From NCBI GenBank assembly GCA_013360445.1, contig JABWBP010000016.1:56404-120403 (forward strand): a stretch of DNA of 64,000 bases, written 5' to 3'. Each line of letters begins with the position of its first letter. Positions within the stretch are counted from its first letter, which is position 1. Shown one piece after another: positions 10,801 to 19,040 of the stretch. Position numbers and translations under genes: made by a program. The notes beneath the pieces are model-generated. The model saw only the letters and a list, made by a program, of their open reading frames with translations, searched no databases and was not told the origin of the DNA. Source of the stretch: Calditrichaceae bacterium (GTDB lineage Bacteria; Calditrichota; Calditrichia; RBG-13-44-9; J075).

Positions 10801-11881
10801 AGAAATGCTGAACCGGGCGATATTGCAGAATCTGCCCATTCACCTCTCCTACCGGGAAAATTATCTGACTTTTGAATTCTCCGCGCTGGATTATACCAAC
10901 CCGCGCAAAAACCGCTACGCCTACCGGCTGGAGGGATTCAACGAGGAGTGGATTCAGTGCGGGGCGCGCCGGTTTGCCAGTTTTACCAATCTGGATCCCG
11001 GGAAGTACGTTTTCCGGGTAAAAGGCGCTAACAACGACGGAATCTGGAACGAAGTGGGAGCAGCGGTAACGCTCATCATCGAACCGCCGTTTTGGAAAAC
11101 CTGGTGGTTTTACCTGGCCTGCGCCGCGGCGCTGCTGTTTTTGATCATATTTCTCCACGAATACCGGCTGCAACGAAAAATTCGCCGCATGAGGGAGATC
11201 GACCAGGTGAGAACCCAGGAAAACGAGCGGGTTCGCGCCCAGGCGGCGCATGATTTTCACGACGAATTGGGGCACAAGCTCACCAAAATTTCCCTTTTCA
11301 GCGAAATTGTGAAGCGCAGCCTCAACGGGGTTCCTGCGGAGGCGACCGAATATTTGAATCGCATCGGCGAGACCGCCAAAACCCTTTCCGGGGGAATGCG
11401 GGATTTCATCTGGACCCTGGACCCGGAAAAAGATTCCCTGCACGAGGTGGCGGTGCGACTGAAAGATTTCGGAGACGAGTTGTTCGACAAAACCGGCATC
11501 GCTTTCCGGGTGGAGGGGCTTACCAGGGAGATGGAATCCATCCGCCTTTCTATGGACTGGCGGCGGCATCTCACCCTTATTTTCAAAGAGGCGATGAACA
11601 ACGCCCTCAAGCATTCGCGCTGCCGCAACGTTACCCTGACGATCTCCGCCTCCGCCTCGGGTTTGGAGATTGCCCTGGCCGACGACGGCATCGGTCTGCC
11701 GTTTTTGAAGCCCGCCGCAGGCCCCGGCGAGGGAGACGAAGAAGCGCCCCCGCGGGGCAACGGGCTGAACAATATGCGCTTCCGCGCCGGAAAGCTTCAC
11801 GGGGCCATCGACCTCCTCCCCAACCGCGAGGGGGGAACCATCGTGCGTTTTAGCGGAGAAATCCCCCAAACAGGGAATTGA
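7805..11881 (+). CDS. Sensor histidine kinase with periplasmic two-component-regulator propeller (Reg_prop repeats) and Y_Y_Y domain, TM helix, HisKA_3/HATPase_c
   Basis: Many propeller blade repeats (GxLWIGTxxGGLNxFD). TM segment WWFYLACAAALLFLIIFL. H-box HDFHDELGHKLTKISL (NarX/DegS type). HATPase N/G boxes (EAMNNALKHS, DDGIGLP). Start may be a GTG/TTG a few codons downstream. Confidence 0.85.
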   Translation: MSLNERLSNKKVPAGRVLHKPFFTCCAKGDGLVFKPAAAIILAGLLWGYAAGLLAQEIKFERISFEQGLFQSNISTIYQDQRGLLWIGTSDGLNKYDGYRFSTYRFDPLDSTSISGNYIYSIYEDRLGYLWVVASGGGINCFDPATEKFSHYRNDPQSRDCLSDDNVTAVLEDSRGNFWIGTAGGGLNLFDRAKERFFHYRPSPADPFSLSSNVIRVLHEDQQGNLWIGAEGGGLNKTALPAAPLLNNAKGASSNSLESPGEPPRLRFERFYARNPTYIPEIFTSLDSLASRNRRLASILHLQNFEDETEYFEIKRPAYLLAVAVGEGNAYGMSDYGWIEKIRPNQVVWKMNYEKSVHAGGAARNRIEMRVLYLEPGQYKLRYRSDEQHSFRQWITEPPERPDLWGIQLFLLSGQEARSFARKLRQKSNPNSLPHNWITAIHEDGEGNLWIGTADGLARLRQEATAKPGDFTVYKHDSRDPNTLNHSYIVSIYPGSGEALWIITYANGLNRLDPRTGRVIRYRPEDYNPAGGSDPASGKINAVLEDRNHNLWIGTAEGGLSCRYYEPDHPEPAETGAARQGSSKPPNAFISYRNDPLNPQSLSDNLVTAIFEDRSGIIWVGTGRGGLNKINQRNQNFRHYTHIPGNPQSLSDKVVTAIMEDDSASLWVGTAGGGLNKLRSDPRSPSLYQYTHFRHHAARPYSLSNDAVTALYQDQSGNVWVGTDGGGLNLFDRRSGRFKHYRYDPHSANSISGNRINSITEDQYGQLWIGTNTGLNKFDRFTEKFTQYRHDANNPHSLSHNEVWAIYEDSYSQGRTLWIGTRAGGLNKFDRKNEQFIRYMREFDNPHSLNNPAILSIYQDRAGNLWFGTYGGGLNQFNRETEQFTFFSERDGLANNMIFGILEDRQGNLWLSTNKGLSKLILGGGEFNSPGITFKNYDVYDGLQGNEFNPSAYCLRRSGEMLFGGVNGMTAFFPDSIKDNFHIPPVILTSMTIFDQPRVEMLNRAILQNLPIHLSYRENYLTFEFSALDYTNPRKNRYAYRLEGFNEEWIQCGARRFASFTNLDPGKYVFRVKGANNDGIWNEVGAAVTLIIEPPFWKTWWFYLACAAALLFLIIFLHEYRLQRKIRRMREIDQVRTQENERVRAQAAHDFHDELGHKLTKISLFSEIVKRSLNGVPAEATEYLNRIGETAKTLSGGMRDFIWTLDPEKDSLHEVAVRLKDFGDELFDKTGIAFRVEGLTREMESIRLSMDWRRHLTLIFKEAMNNALKHSRCRNVTLTISASASGLEIALADDGIGLPFLKPAAGPGEGDEEAPPRGNGLNNMRFRAGKLHGAIDLLPNREGGTIVRFSGEIPQTGN

Positions 11882-11953
11882 CTGGCGCTCTAAAATCAGT
11901 ACTTTACCTTTCATGCTTTCACATTAAGGCAGGTAAGGTTGTGATGGGGTGAT

Positions 11954-11993
11954 GGAGTATTGGAGTATTGGAGTATTGGAGTATTGGAGTATT
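11954..11993. repeat. Tandem octamer (GGAGTATT)x5
   Basis: Perfect tandem copies between the kinase stop and the regulator start. Confidence 0.9.
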
Positions 11994-12056
11994 GAATGGA
12001 TTGTTAAAGGATTGAAAAATCGGCAGTCTCCCTCAACAAGAGGACTACCGAAAAAC

Positions 12057-12115
12057 CCATTAATCCAGTCATCCATTAATCCATCACTCCATTAATCCAA
12101 CACTACATTAATCCG
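12057..12115. repeat. Interspersed CCATTAATCC / CCAACACT motifs (x4), related to the copy at 23588-23625
   Basis: ACTCCATTAATCCAACACT is shared with 23588-23625. Confidence 0.5.
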
Positions 12116-12142
12116 CCGTACTTTTTCAACAGGGGAATATGT

Positions 12143-12766
12143 ATGATCACCGTTTCGATTGTAGAAGATGACCCGGATATCCGGGAAAGTTTGGCGCTGT
12201 TGATCAACGGGACGCCCGGCTATGCCTGTATCGGCGCTTATCCTAATTGCGAAAAAGGCATCAAGGGGATTTTGAAAGATCCGCCCGACGTGGTATTGAT
12301 GGACATCGGCCTGCCGGGAATGTCCGGCATCGAAGGCATCAAAATCCTGAAAGAGAAAATGCCGGAGTTGGACATTCTGGTGTTGACCATTCAGAGCGAT
12401 GACCGGGTGGTGTTCCAGGCGCTCTGCGCCGGGGCGTGCGGCTATTTGGTGAAAGATACGCCCCCGGCCCGGCTCCTGGAGGCCATCCGGGAATCTTACG
12501 ACGGCGGTGCGCCCATGAGCACCCGCATCGCCCGCATGGTGGTGGAATCTTTCCGGGTTACCCCGGAAACCTCCCTCACCCAGCGGGAAACGGAAGTGCT
12601 GACCCATTTGTGCAAGGGGCAGAGTTACAAAACCATCGCCGATGAGCTATTTATCAGCGAAGAAACGGTGCGGCGGCACATCAAGAATATCTATCGCAAG
12701 TTAGAGGTTCACTCCAAGTCCGAAGCGGTGGCCAAGGCGTTCAAAGAGAAACTGGTGAGCCTGTAA
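12143..12766 (+). CDS. NarL/FixJ-family response regulator (REC + LuxR-type HTH)
   Basis: REC domain with conserved Asp (VVLMDIGLPGMSG). C-terminal LuxR HTH (LTQRETEVLTHLCKGQSYKTIADELFISEETVRRHIKNIYRKL). Cognate to the HisKA_3 kinase upstream. Confidence 0.9.
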   Translation: MITVSIVEDDPDIRESLALLINGTPGYACIGAYPNCEKGIKGILKDPPDVVLMDIGLPGMSGIEGIKILKEKMPELDILVLTIQSDDRVVFQALCAGACGYLVKDTPPARLLEAIRESYDGGAPMSTRIARMVVESFRVTPETSLTQRETEVLTHLCKGQSYKTIADELFISEETVRRHIKNIYRKLEVHSKSEAVAKAFKEKLVSL

Positions 12767-12828
12767 GGCGTAGAGACCTTATCGTTCTGCATTTTTTTCT
12801 TGTATCTTGCGAATTATCATCCGAAATC

Positions 12829-12950
12829 GTAACTATTCAGGTTTTTTGCCACAGAGTTCACAGAGAGCACAGAGATATGGAAAAGTGCGTTAAACAAACC
12901 CCTTTAGTAGAAAAAAATGTTCCATATGACCTCTGTGGCTGAATAGTAAC
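12829..12950. mobile_element. MITE-like element (122 bp) with 12-bp terminal inverted repeats and an 8-bp target-site duplication
   Basis: TIRs are GTAACTATTCAG (12829-12840) and CTGAATAGTAAC (12939-12950), with 1 mismatch. The internal arms CCACAGAG...CCTCTGTGG are also inverted. Flanking direct repeat CCGAAATC at 12821-12828 and 12951-12958. A partial second copy lies at 25724-25771. Confidence 0.5.
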
Positions 12951-13113
12951 CCGAAATCTTAACCTCTTTGGCGCCGGTATTTCACGATAAATTTATGAGG
13001 AAAAGCCTGAGCGGAAAGGAAATGCCGAGATCATTGCGACGGCCGGTTATGGCGAACGTTGGGCGGCACAGGAACTTATAGAAACTGGTTGTATCATCGT
13101 CTTCCGACCCTCA

Positions 13114-13135
13114 TTACCTCAAATCTTTGAGGTAA
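13114..13135. promoter_or_regulatory. Perfect 10-bp inverted repeat TTACCTCAAA-tc-TTTGAGGTAA upstream of the P-type ATPase gene
   Basis: Seen in sequence about 107 bp upstream of the ATPase start. Candidate operator or leader hairpin. Confidence 0.25.
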
Positions 13136-13241
13136 CCAAACCTAAATTCACCAATTCAATTAGGTCTATCTGCGATTTGAAAATCAAATATCTCAGTCGT
13201 GAACCCGCCGTAGAATAGCACCACCTATCATAAGGATTCGT

Positions 13242-15980
13242 ATGACGCATAGAATTTGGCACACTTCAAGCATAGCAGATGTTGTTCAGGCGCTTGATGT
13301 TGATTTGAGCAATGGCTTGAGCGATGCCGAGGCAGCAAATCGCCGGAGCCAGTACGGCCCAAACGAACTGCAAGAACGGGGCGGCATCTCCCCTATACGA
13401 CTGTTGTGGGCGCAATTCACCAACAATATGGTGCTGATCCTCATCGCTGCCGCCGTGGTTTCCGGCTTTCTGGGCAAGGTCACGGAAACGGCTGCGATTG
13501 CGGCTATTGTTGTGCTTTTTGCCTTGCTGGGTTTTGTGCAGGAGTACCGAGCCGAGCGGGCGATGGCTGCCCTTAAGCGGCTGACCGTGCCGGTGGTGCG
13601 TGCCCGCCGAAATGGCGAACTCCGTGAACTTTCGGCTAAGGAATTGGTGCCCGGTGATGTGGTACTGCTGGAGGCGGGTAACTCCATCCCCGCCGATATG
13701 CGGCTGGTGGAGAGCGTTAATCTGCGCATCCAGGAAGCGGCGCTGACCGGGGAGTCGGAGCCGGTAGAGAAGCATGTGGCCCCCCTACCCGGCGAGGAGG
13801 TGAGCCTTGGCGACCGGCGCAACATGGCTTACATGGGCACAGTCGCTACCTACGGGCGCGGTACAGCCGTGGTAACCGCCACCGGTATGAACACCGAGTT
13901 GGGCAAAATCGCCACCCTGTTGCAATCAGTCGAAACGGGCATGACACCCCTGCAACAGCGGCTGGATCAGGTAGGCAAGCTGTTGGCTATTGGTGGTATC
14001 ATCGTGGCGGCACTGGTGATGGTCATTGGGCTTTGGCGTGGAGAGTCACTACAGGAGATGTTTTTAACGGCCGTTTCCGTAGCTGTGGCAGTGGTACCAG
14101 AAGGGTTACCTGCCGTAGTCACCGTTACCCTCGCGTTAGGCGCCCAGCGCATGTTGCGCCGCCGTGCGCTTATCCGCAAGCTGCCTGCCGTGGAAACCCT
14201 CGGCTCCGTCACCACCATCTGCTCCGATAAAACAGGCACGCTTACCGAAAATCGCATGACGGTCACCGTCATCGATGTAGCCGGACATTTCTTGGATCTG
14301 CAGGAAACGGCGCGCCATCCTTCCGTAGTACTCCGTTTGCCGGATGCCGGCCCGGATTTTCTGGACAGCCAGCCGCCGGAAATTGGACTGGCGCTGGCCG
14401 CCGGGACGCTCTGCAACGACGCTTCCCTTCGCCCTGACCCGCACACCGGGCGCTATTTGGCCCTGGGCGACCCCACCGAAGGGGCCTTGCTGGTGGCTGC
14501 CTCAGAGGCTGGCCTGCGCAAGAGCGCGTTGGAAGCTGTGGTCCCGCGGGTGTCCGAATTGCCGTTTGACGCTGACCGTAAACGCATGACCACGGTCCAC
14601 CGTCTGCCGGATCACTCTGCTCAACTGCCCGTAGCCCTGCGCGCGCTTACGGATGCCTCAACCCCGTTCGTTGCCTTCACCAAGGGAGCAGTGGACAGCC
14701 TGCTGCCGCTTTGCCGAGCTATCTGGCTGAATGGTATGGTCGTTCCCATAGATGATCACTGGCAACAACGGATTGAACTGGCTAACGACCGGATGGCACA
14801 AAACGGGATGCGAGTGCTGGGATTGGCCCTGCGCTGGCAATCCGACCCTGCGCCGGTGGAAGATGACCTTATCTTTATTGGTCTGACAGGGATGATTGAC
14901 CCACCACGACCGGAAGTAAAAATGGCCGTGGCCACCTGCAAAGCCGCAGGTATTCGCCCCATCATGATCACCGGCGACCATCCTCTGACAGCCCGTTTTA
15001 TTGCCCACGACCTGGGCATCATCGACAATATACGTGTCAAAACGGGGCAGGATTTGAGCCGCATGTCCCCGGAAGAGCTGGCGGCAATCGTGCGCGAGGT
15101 ATCGGTTTATGCCCGGGTAACGCCGGAGCACAAGCTGCGCATCGTTGAAGCGCTGCAGGCGCAGAATCAGGTGGTGGCCATGACCGGCGACGGCGTCAAC
15201 GACTCGCCGGCGCTGCGCAAAGCCGACATCGGCATCGCGATGGGCATTACCGGCACCGACGTTTCCAAGGAAGCGTCCGAAATGGTGCTGCTGGACGACA
15301 ACTTTGCCACCATTGTGTCGGCGGTGGAGGAAGGGCGAGCCATCTACGACAACATTCGCCGCTTTGTGAAGTTTTCGATTGCGGGCAACGTCGGCAAGGT
15401 GCTGGTCATGCTGCTGGCGCCAGTGGTGGGCATCAATGTAGCCCTGCTTCCGTTGCAGTTGCTATGGCTAAACCTCCTCACCGATGGTCTGCTGGGGTTG
15501 GGGCTGGGCGTAGAACCGGCTGAACCCCAAACGATGAAACGGCCGCCCCGTGCGCCGCAGGAAAGTCTCTTCAGTGGCGGGCTGACGCAGCACGTTATCT
15601 GGGTTGGGCTGATGATTGGCTTCTTGGGGCTTGGTGTGGGGGCGCTGTATTACGACGTTGACAATCCGGCCGACAATCGCTGGCAGACGATGATTTTCAC
15701 CTCGCTGGCCTTTATGCAGATGGGACAGGCGGTGGCCTCTCGCTCGACACAGGAATCTTTTGTTTCGCTGGGACTATGGTCTAATCCGGTTCTGTTAGGA
15801 CTGGTGGTGATAACGGCCGTACTCCAGCTCATCGTCCTCTACGTGCCCTTCCTCGACCAGTTCTTCCAGATTACGCCGCTCAGGGCCGGCGACTTGCTGT
15901 TATGTGTGGCGCTGGGCATAGCGATACTGCTGCTGATTGAAGTTGAAAAAGCCCGGCTGCGCCGCAGTGAGGCTGCATGA
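13242..15980 (+). CDS. Cation-transporting P-type ATPase, type IIA (Ca2+-ATPase-like)
   Basis: Phosphorylation motif [17 protein letters not shown] (LTGESEPV). Nucleotide-binding and hinge motifs ([34 protein letters not shown]). 912 aa with N-terminal cation-ATPase-N domain. Confidence 0.9.
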   Translation: MTHRIWHTSSIADVVQALDVDLSNGLSDAEAANRRSQYGPNELQERGGISPIRLLWAQFTNNMVLILIAAAVVSGFLGKVTETAAIAAIVVLFALLGFVQEYRAERAMAALKRLTVPVVRARRNGELRELSAKELVPGDVVLLEAGNSIPADMRLVESVNLRIQEAALTGESEPVEKHVAPLPGEEVSLGDRRNMAYMGTVATYGRGTAVVTATGMNTELGKIATLLQSVETGMTPLQQRLDQVGKLLAIGGIIVAALVMVIGLWRGESLQEMFLTAVSVAVAVVPEGLPAVVTVTLALGAQRMLRRRALIRKLPAVETLGSVTTICSDKTGTLTENRMTVTVIDVAGHFLDLQETARHPSVVLRLPDAGPDFLDSQPPEIGLALAAGTLCNDASLRPDPHTGRYLALGDPTEGALLVAASEAGLRKSALEAVVPRVSELPFDADRKRMTTVHRLPDHSAQLPVALRALTDASTPFVAFTKGAVDSLLPLCRAIWLNGMVVPIDDHWQQRIELANDRMAQNGMRVLGLALRWQSDPAPVEDDLIFIGLTGMIDPPRPEVKMAVATCKAAGIRPIMITGDHPLTARFIAHDLGIIDNIRVKTGQDLSRMSPEELAAIVREVSVYARVTPEHKLRIVEALQAQNQVVAMTGDGVNDSPALRKADIGIAMGITGTDVSKEASEMVLLDDNFATIVSAVEEGRAIYDNIRRFVKFSIAGNVGKVLVMLLAPVVGINVALLPLQLLWLNLLTDGLLGLGLGVEPAEPQTMKRPPRAPQESLFSGGLTQHVIWVGLMIGFLGLGVGALYYDVDNPADNRWQTMIFTSLAFMQMGQAVASRSTQESFVSLGLWSNPVLLGLVVITAVLQLIVLYVPFLDQFFQITPLRAGDLLLCVALGIAILLLIEVEKARLRRSEAA

Positions 15981-16175
15981 AAATGCCGCCCTGCTGCCTA
16001 CCTGCTCAATCCGCTAATGGCCTGGCTGACGAGCGGCTGCGTGGAAGACGACTGTTAGCCGCCACTTTTGGACATCTTTTGCCCCAATTTGCCCGTAAAA
16101 ATCCCCCGTTCGGGTTATAGATTTATCCCTTCCGAATTCGTATTATTTTAACGGAATGTATCTCTGTCTCCGGCG

Positions 16176-16219
16176 GGGGTTTCTGCCGAAAGTGCGGCGC
16201 TTCTTCCGGCAGAAACCCC
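16176..16219. terminator. 13-14 bp GC-rich hairpin (GGGGTTTCTGCCG ... CGGCAGAAACCCC) downstream of the ATPase gene
   Basis: Perfect stem with an 18-nt loop and no strong U-tract. About 200 bp downstream of the ATPase stop. Confidence 0.3.
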
Positions 16220-16288
16220 GGTAGTCAAAGAAAATAACCACGCAGGGATCGAAGAAATAATTTTGGGTCCCCGAACCGGGAGGCATCC

Positions 16289-16408
16289 ATGGACGAATTC
16301 TATTATATTTTAGGCAGCGCGTTTCTATTCAGCCGCACCCGGGTGGGCAAGCTTCTTTTTATTATGCTGTTCATCTGCGGGCTGTTTATTAAAAGCCTGC
16401 ACGGGTAA
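16289..16408 (+). CDS. Possible small hydrophobic peptide (39 aa)
   Basis: MDEFYYILGSAFLFSRTRVGKLLFIMLFICGLFIKSLHG. Too short for the ORF track, with no recognisable RBS or homology. Speculative. Confidence 0.15.
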   Translation: MDEFYYILGSAFLFSRTRVGKLLFIMLFICGLFIKSLHG

Positions 16409-16653
16409 CGGCTCGTTGACGGCATATTTCGGAAGTCCCCCCAGATACCTATCCGGCATGAATGGCGATAATTTTCATTGATGGTCAGCTTTGCCCGCCG
16501 GGGAGGCCGGTTGTATCAGGAACGGTCTTTCCCCCGAAAAATAAAAAACCACTTCCCATTCCGTACCCCATCCCATAATTTCCCGGACGCAATTCGCTAA
16601 ATTGTTGCGGTGATTTTAGCCTTGAATAGCGAGTAACAATTTTAACAAGGATA

Positions 16654-18984
16654 TTGCTGCTGATAATGACGGGTAAACATAGATTGTTCCTATTGATCCT
16701 GCTGCTAACCGCCTGGAGTTGTAAAACATCCTTCCGGGAGTACGAAGTTACCTTCATGGCGCTTCCGGATTCCCTACCGGCGGGTTCGGCCATTCACCTC
16801 ACCGGAAACCAGTTCAAATTAGGCAATTGGCGCCCCGACGGGCCGGCCCTGAATCCACAACCGGACGGCAGTTGGACGAAAACGCTCAAGTTTGAAAAAG
16901 ACGCCCAACTGGAGTATAAATTCACCCGCGGTTCCTGGCGAAATGAAGCCTTCAGCGACGCGGGCCTGGAATTTCCCAATTTCACGCTTACGGTTACCCG
17001 CGACACCACGGTAACGGTAAGAATTCCACACTGGCGCGACACCTACCGGGGTAAAACGGTTCTTTCCTACGAGCGCATGGTGAACAAAGTGGGGAACCTG
17101 GAGCTGTTCGAGAATTGGCGATACCATCCCGGCGACGATCCGGCCTGGTCCGCGCCGGATTTCGAGGACCGGGAATGGGAAACCGTGAACCCCCTGCTCC
17201 CTTTCGACCAGTATCCCGCGAGCGGCTGGCCGGGAATCGGCTGGTTTCGCACCCACCTGACCATCGACTCCTCGCTCTGGGCGGTTCCGCTGGCGATCTT
17301 CGTCGATCAGGCCGGCGCTTCGGAGGTGTATCTCAACGGCAGGATGCTCTATCGTTTTGGGGAAGTAAGCGCGGCGAAGGAAGGAGAGCAGCCCTTTTTT
17401 GACCGCACGCCCCGCGCCATTGTCTTCGATAATCAGCACGACCAGGTTTTAGCGGTGCGGTATTCCAACCATTCCGCGGAATATTTAAAGCAAATCGGGT
17501 ATGAAGCCGGTTTTCTCATTCGCCTGGGACATTTGAATTCCTACACCCAGGGGCGTATCGAAGAAGTTCGCAACGCCAGCCTGTCGCAAATCATCTTTTC
17601 CGCGGTGCCGCTGACCCTGGCCCTGGTGCACTTGCTGATGTTCATATTCTACCCCGCGGCAAAAGAGAATCTTTTCTATGCCGTCTCTATGATCGGCTTT
17701 GCCGCCCTCTCCTACGTTAATTTCCAATTTTTCTTTACCAATAGCGTGCATAGCATCATCTTGCTAAACCGCATTCTGCTCCTCTCCACCCTGACCGCCC
17801 TGGTATTCGGATTATTGACCACTTACACCCGGGGATATTCCAAGCTCCCGCGGCACGGGTTCATTTTTGTGGGCGTTGCAGCAATCATCGCCGTCAGCAG
17901 CTTATTTTCCCATAGCAAAATAGTGGGAACTATCTTCGACATATTTTTGGGGATTGCCTTAGTAGAGCTAATCCGGGTCATTTTTCGCTGCATCTTCCGC
18001 ATGAAAAAAAGGGAGTGGATTTCCGGCATCGGGTTTTTAGCATTGACCGCCGCGGTGGTCTATCAAATTTTGATCGATGCGAACCTGGTCAGCGCGCCGG
18101 GAGGAAGAGATGTGGTTTACGTGTACGGGGTGTTGGTGCTCAGTATTGCCATGTCGATCAACCTGGCGCGGGATTTTGCGCGCGCCAACCAGCAATTATT
18201 GGAAAGCGAGCGCCAGGCCCGGGAACAGGAAATTCAGCGCCGGCTTTTAGAGGCGGACAACGCCCGCAAAACCGCGGAATTGGAGGAAGCCCGCCGGATT
18301 CAGCTTTCCATGCTGCCGGAAAAAGTGCCCCAACTCCCCCACCTGGACATCGCCGTGTACATGAAAACCGCCAGCGAGGTGGGCGGCGATTATTACGATT
18401 TCCAGCTTGATTCCAGCGGCATCCTGACCGCCGCCATCGGCGACGCCACCGGCCACGGTACCAGGGCGGGCATTATGGTCACTTTGATGAAAAGCCTGTT
18501 CAACACCATGGGCAACACCTTTTACATTCCGGACTTTTTTCACCACTGCACCAGAATGATCCGCAAAATGCACTTAGGCAACCTCTACATGGCCATGCTG
18601 CTGGTGCGGATTCGCGGCAATAAATTAGTGGCTTCCTCCGCGGGGATGCCCCCGATTCTGATTTTCCGGAAACAAAACCGCGCCGTTGAGGAACTGTTGA
18701 TCAAGGGAATGCCCCTGGGCGGGCCGGAGGGATACCACTATCAGCAGGTAGGGGTGGAATTATCGCCCGGCGATGCGGTGCTGCTGATGTCCGACGGGTT
18801 GGAAGAGTTGTTTAACGACAAGTGGGAAATTTTTGACACATCGCGGATCAAAACGGTTTTTGCAGAAGCGGGAGATAGAGATCCGCAGGAAATCATCGCG
18901 CACCTGAACGAGGCAGCGGAGCGTTGGCGCAACGGCCGCCCGCAGAACGACGATATGACTTTTGTGGTGCTGAAGATGAAATAG
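16654..18984 (+). CDS. 7TM receptor (7TMR-DISM extracellular + 7TM) fused to PP2C/SpoIIE-type serine phosphatase
   Basis: N-terminal signal and beta-rich extracellular module. Seven predicted TM helices (about aa 305-480). Coiled coil. C-terminal PP2C motifs (GGDYYDF, GDATGHGTRAGIMV, LLMSDGLEE, QNDDMTFVVLK). Confidence 0.8.
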   Translation: MLLIMTGKHRLFLLILLLTAWSCKTSFREYEVTFMALPDSLPAGSAIHLTGNQFKLGNWRPDGPALNPQPDGSWTKTLKFEKDAQLEYKFTRGSWRNEAFSDAGLEFPNFTLTVTRDTTVTVRIPHWRDTYRGKTVLSYERMVNKVGNLELFENWRYHPGDDPAWSAPDFEDREWETVNPLLPFDQYPASGWPGIGWFRTHLTIDSSLWAVPLAIFVDQAGASEVYLNGRMLYRFGEVSAAKEGEQPFFDRTPRAIVFDNQHDQVLAVRYSNHSAEYLKQIGYEAGFLIRLGHLNSYTQGRIEEVRNASLSQIIFSAVPLTLALVHLLMFIFYPAAKENLFYAVSMIGFAALSYVNFQFFFTNSVHSIILLNRILLLSTLTALVFGLLTTYTRGYSKLPRHGFIFVGVAAIIAVSSLFSHSKIVGTIFDIFLGIALVELIRVIFRCIFRMKKREWISGIGFLALTAAVVYQILIDANLVSAPGGRDVVYVYGVLVLSIAMSINLARDFARANQQLLESERQAREQEIQRRLLEADNARKTAELEEARRIQLSMLPEKVPQLPHLDIAVYMKTASEVGGDYYDFQLDSSGILTAAIGDATGHGTRAGIMVTLMKSLFNTMGNTFYIPDFFHHCTRMIRKMHLGNLYMAMLLVRIRGNKLVASSAGMPPILIFRKQNRAVEELLIKGMPLGGPEGYHYQQVGVELSPGDAVLLMSDGLEELFNDKWEIFDTSRIKTVFAEAGDRDPQEIIAHLNEAAERWRNGRPQNDDMTFVVLKMK

Positions 18985-19040
18985 ATTCAGCAGGGCCGCC
19001 GATGCCCGAGTGCGGCCTATCCGCCGCCAGGCAGGGAATT

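Noticed and set aside
9173-11914. Minus-strand ORFs 9173-10345 and 10529-11914 (390 and 461 aa)
   Set aside because: They are entirely antisense to the well-supported 1358-aa sensor kinase. The products are Gly/Pro/Val-rich shadow translations typical of high-GC antisense frames.
11946-12115. Possible CRISPR array (short direct repeats in intergenic DNA), also considered for 52178-52310 and 35880-35960
   Set aside because: Repeat units are 8-24 bp with no unique spacers of CRISPR length (about 30-40 bp). Units are contiguous or half-site arrays. No cas genes in the window.
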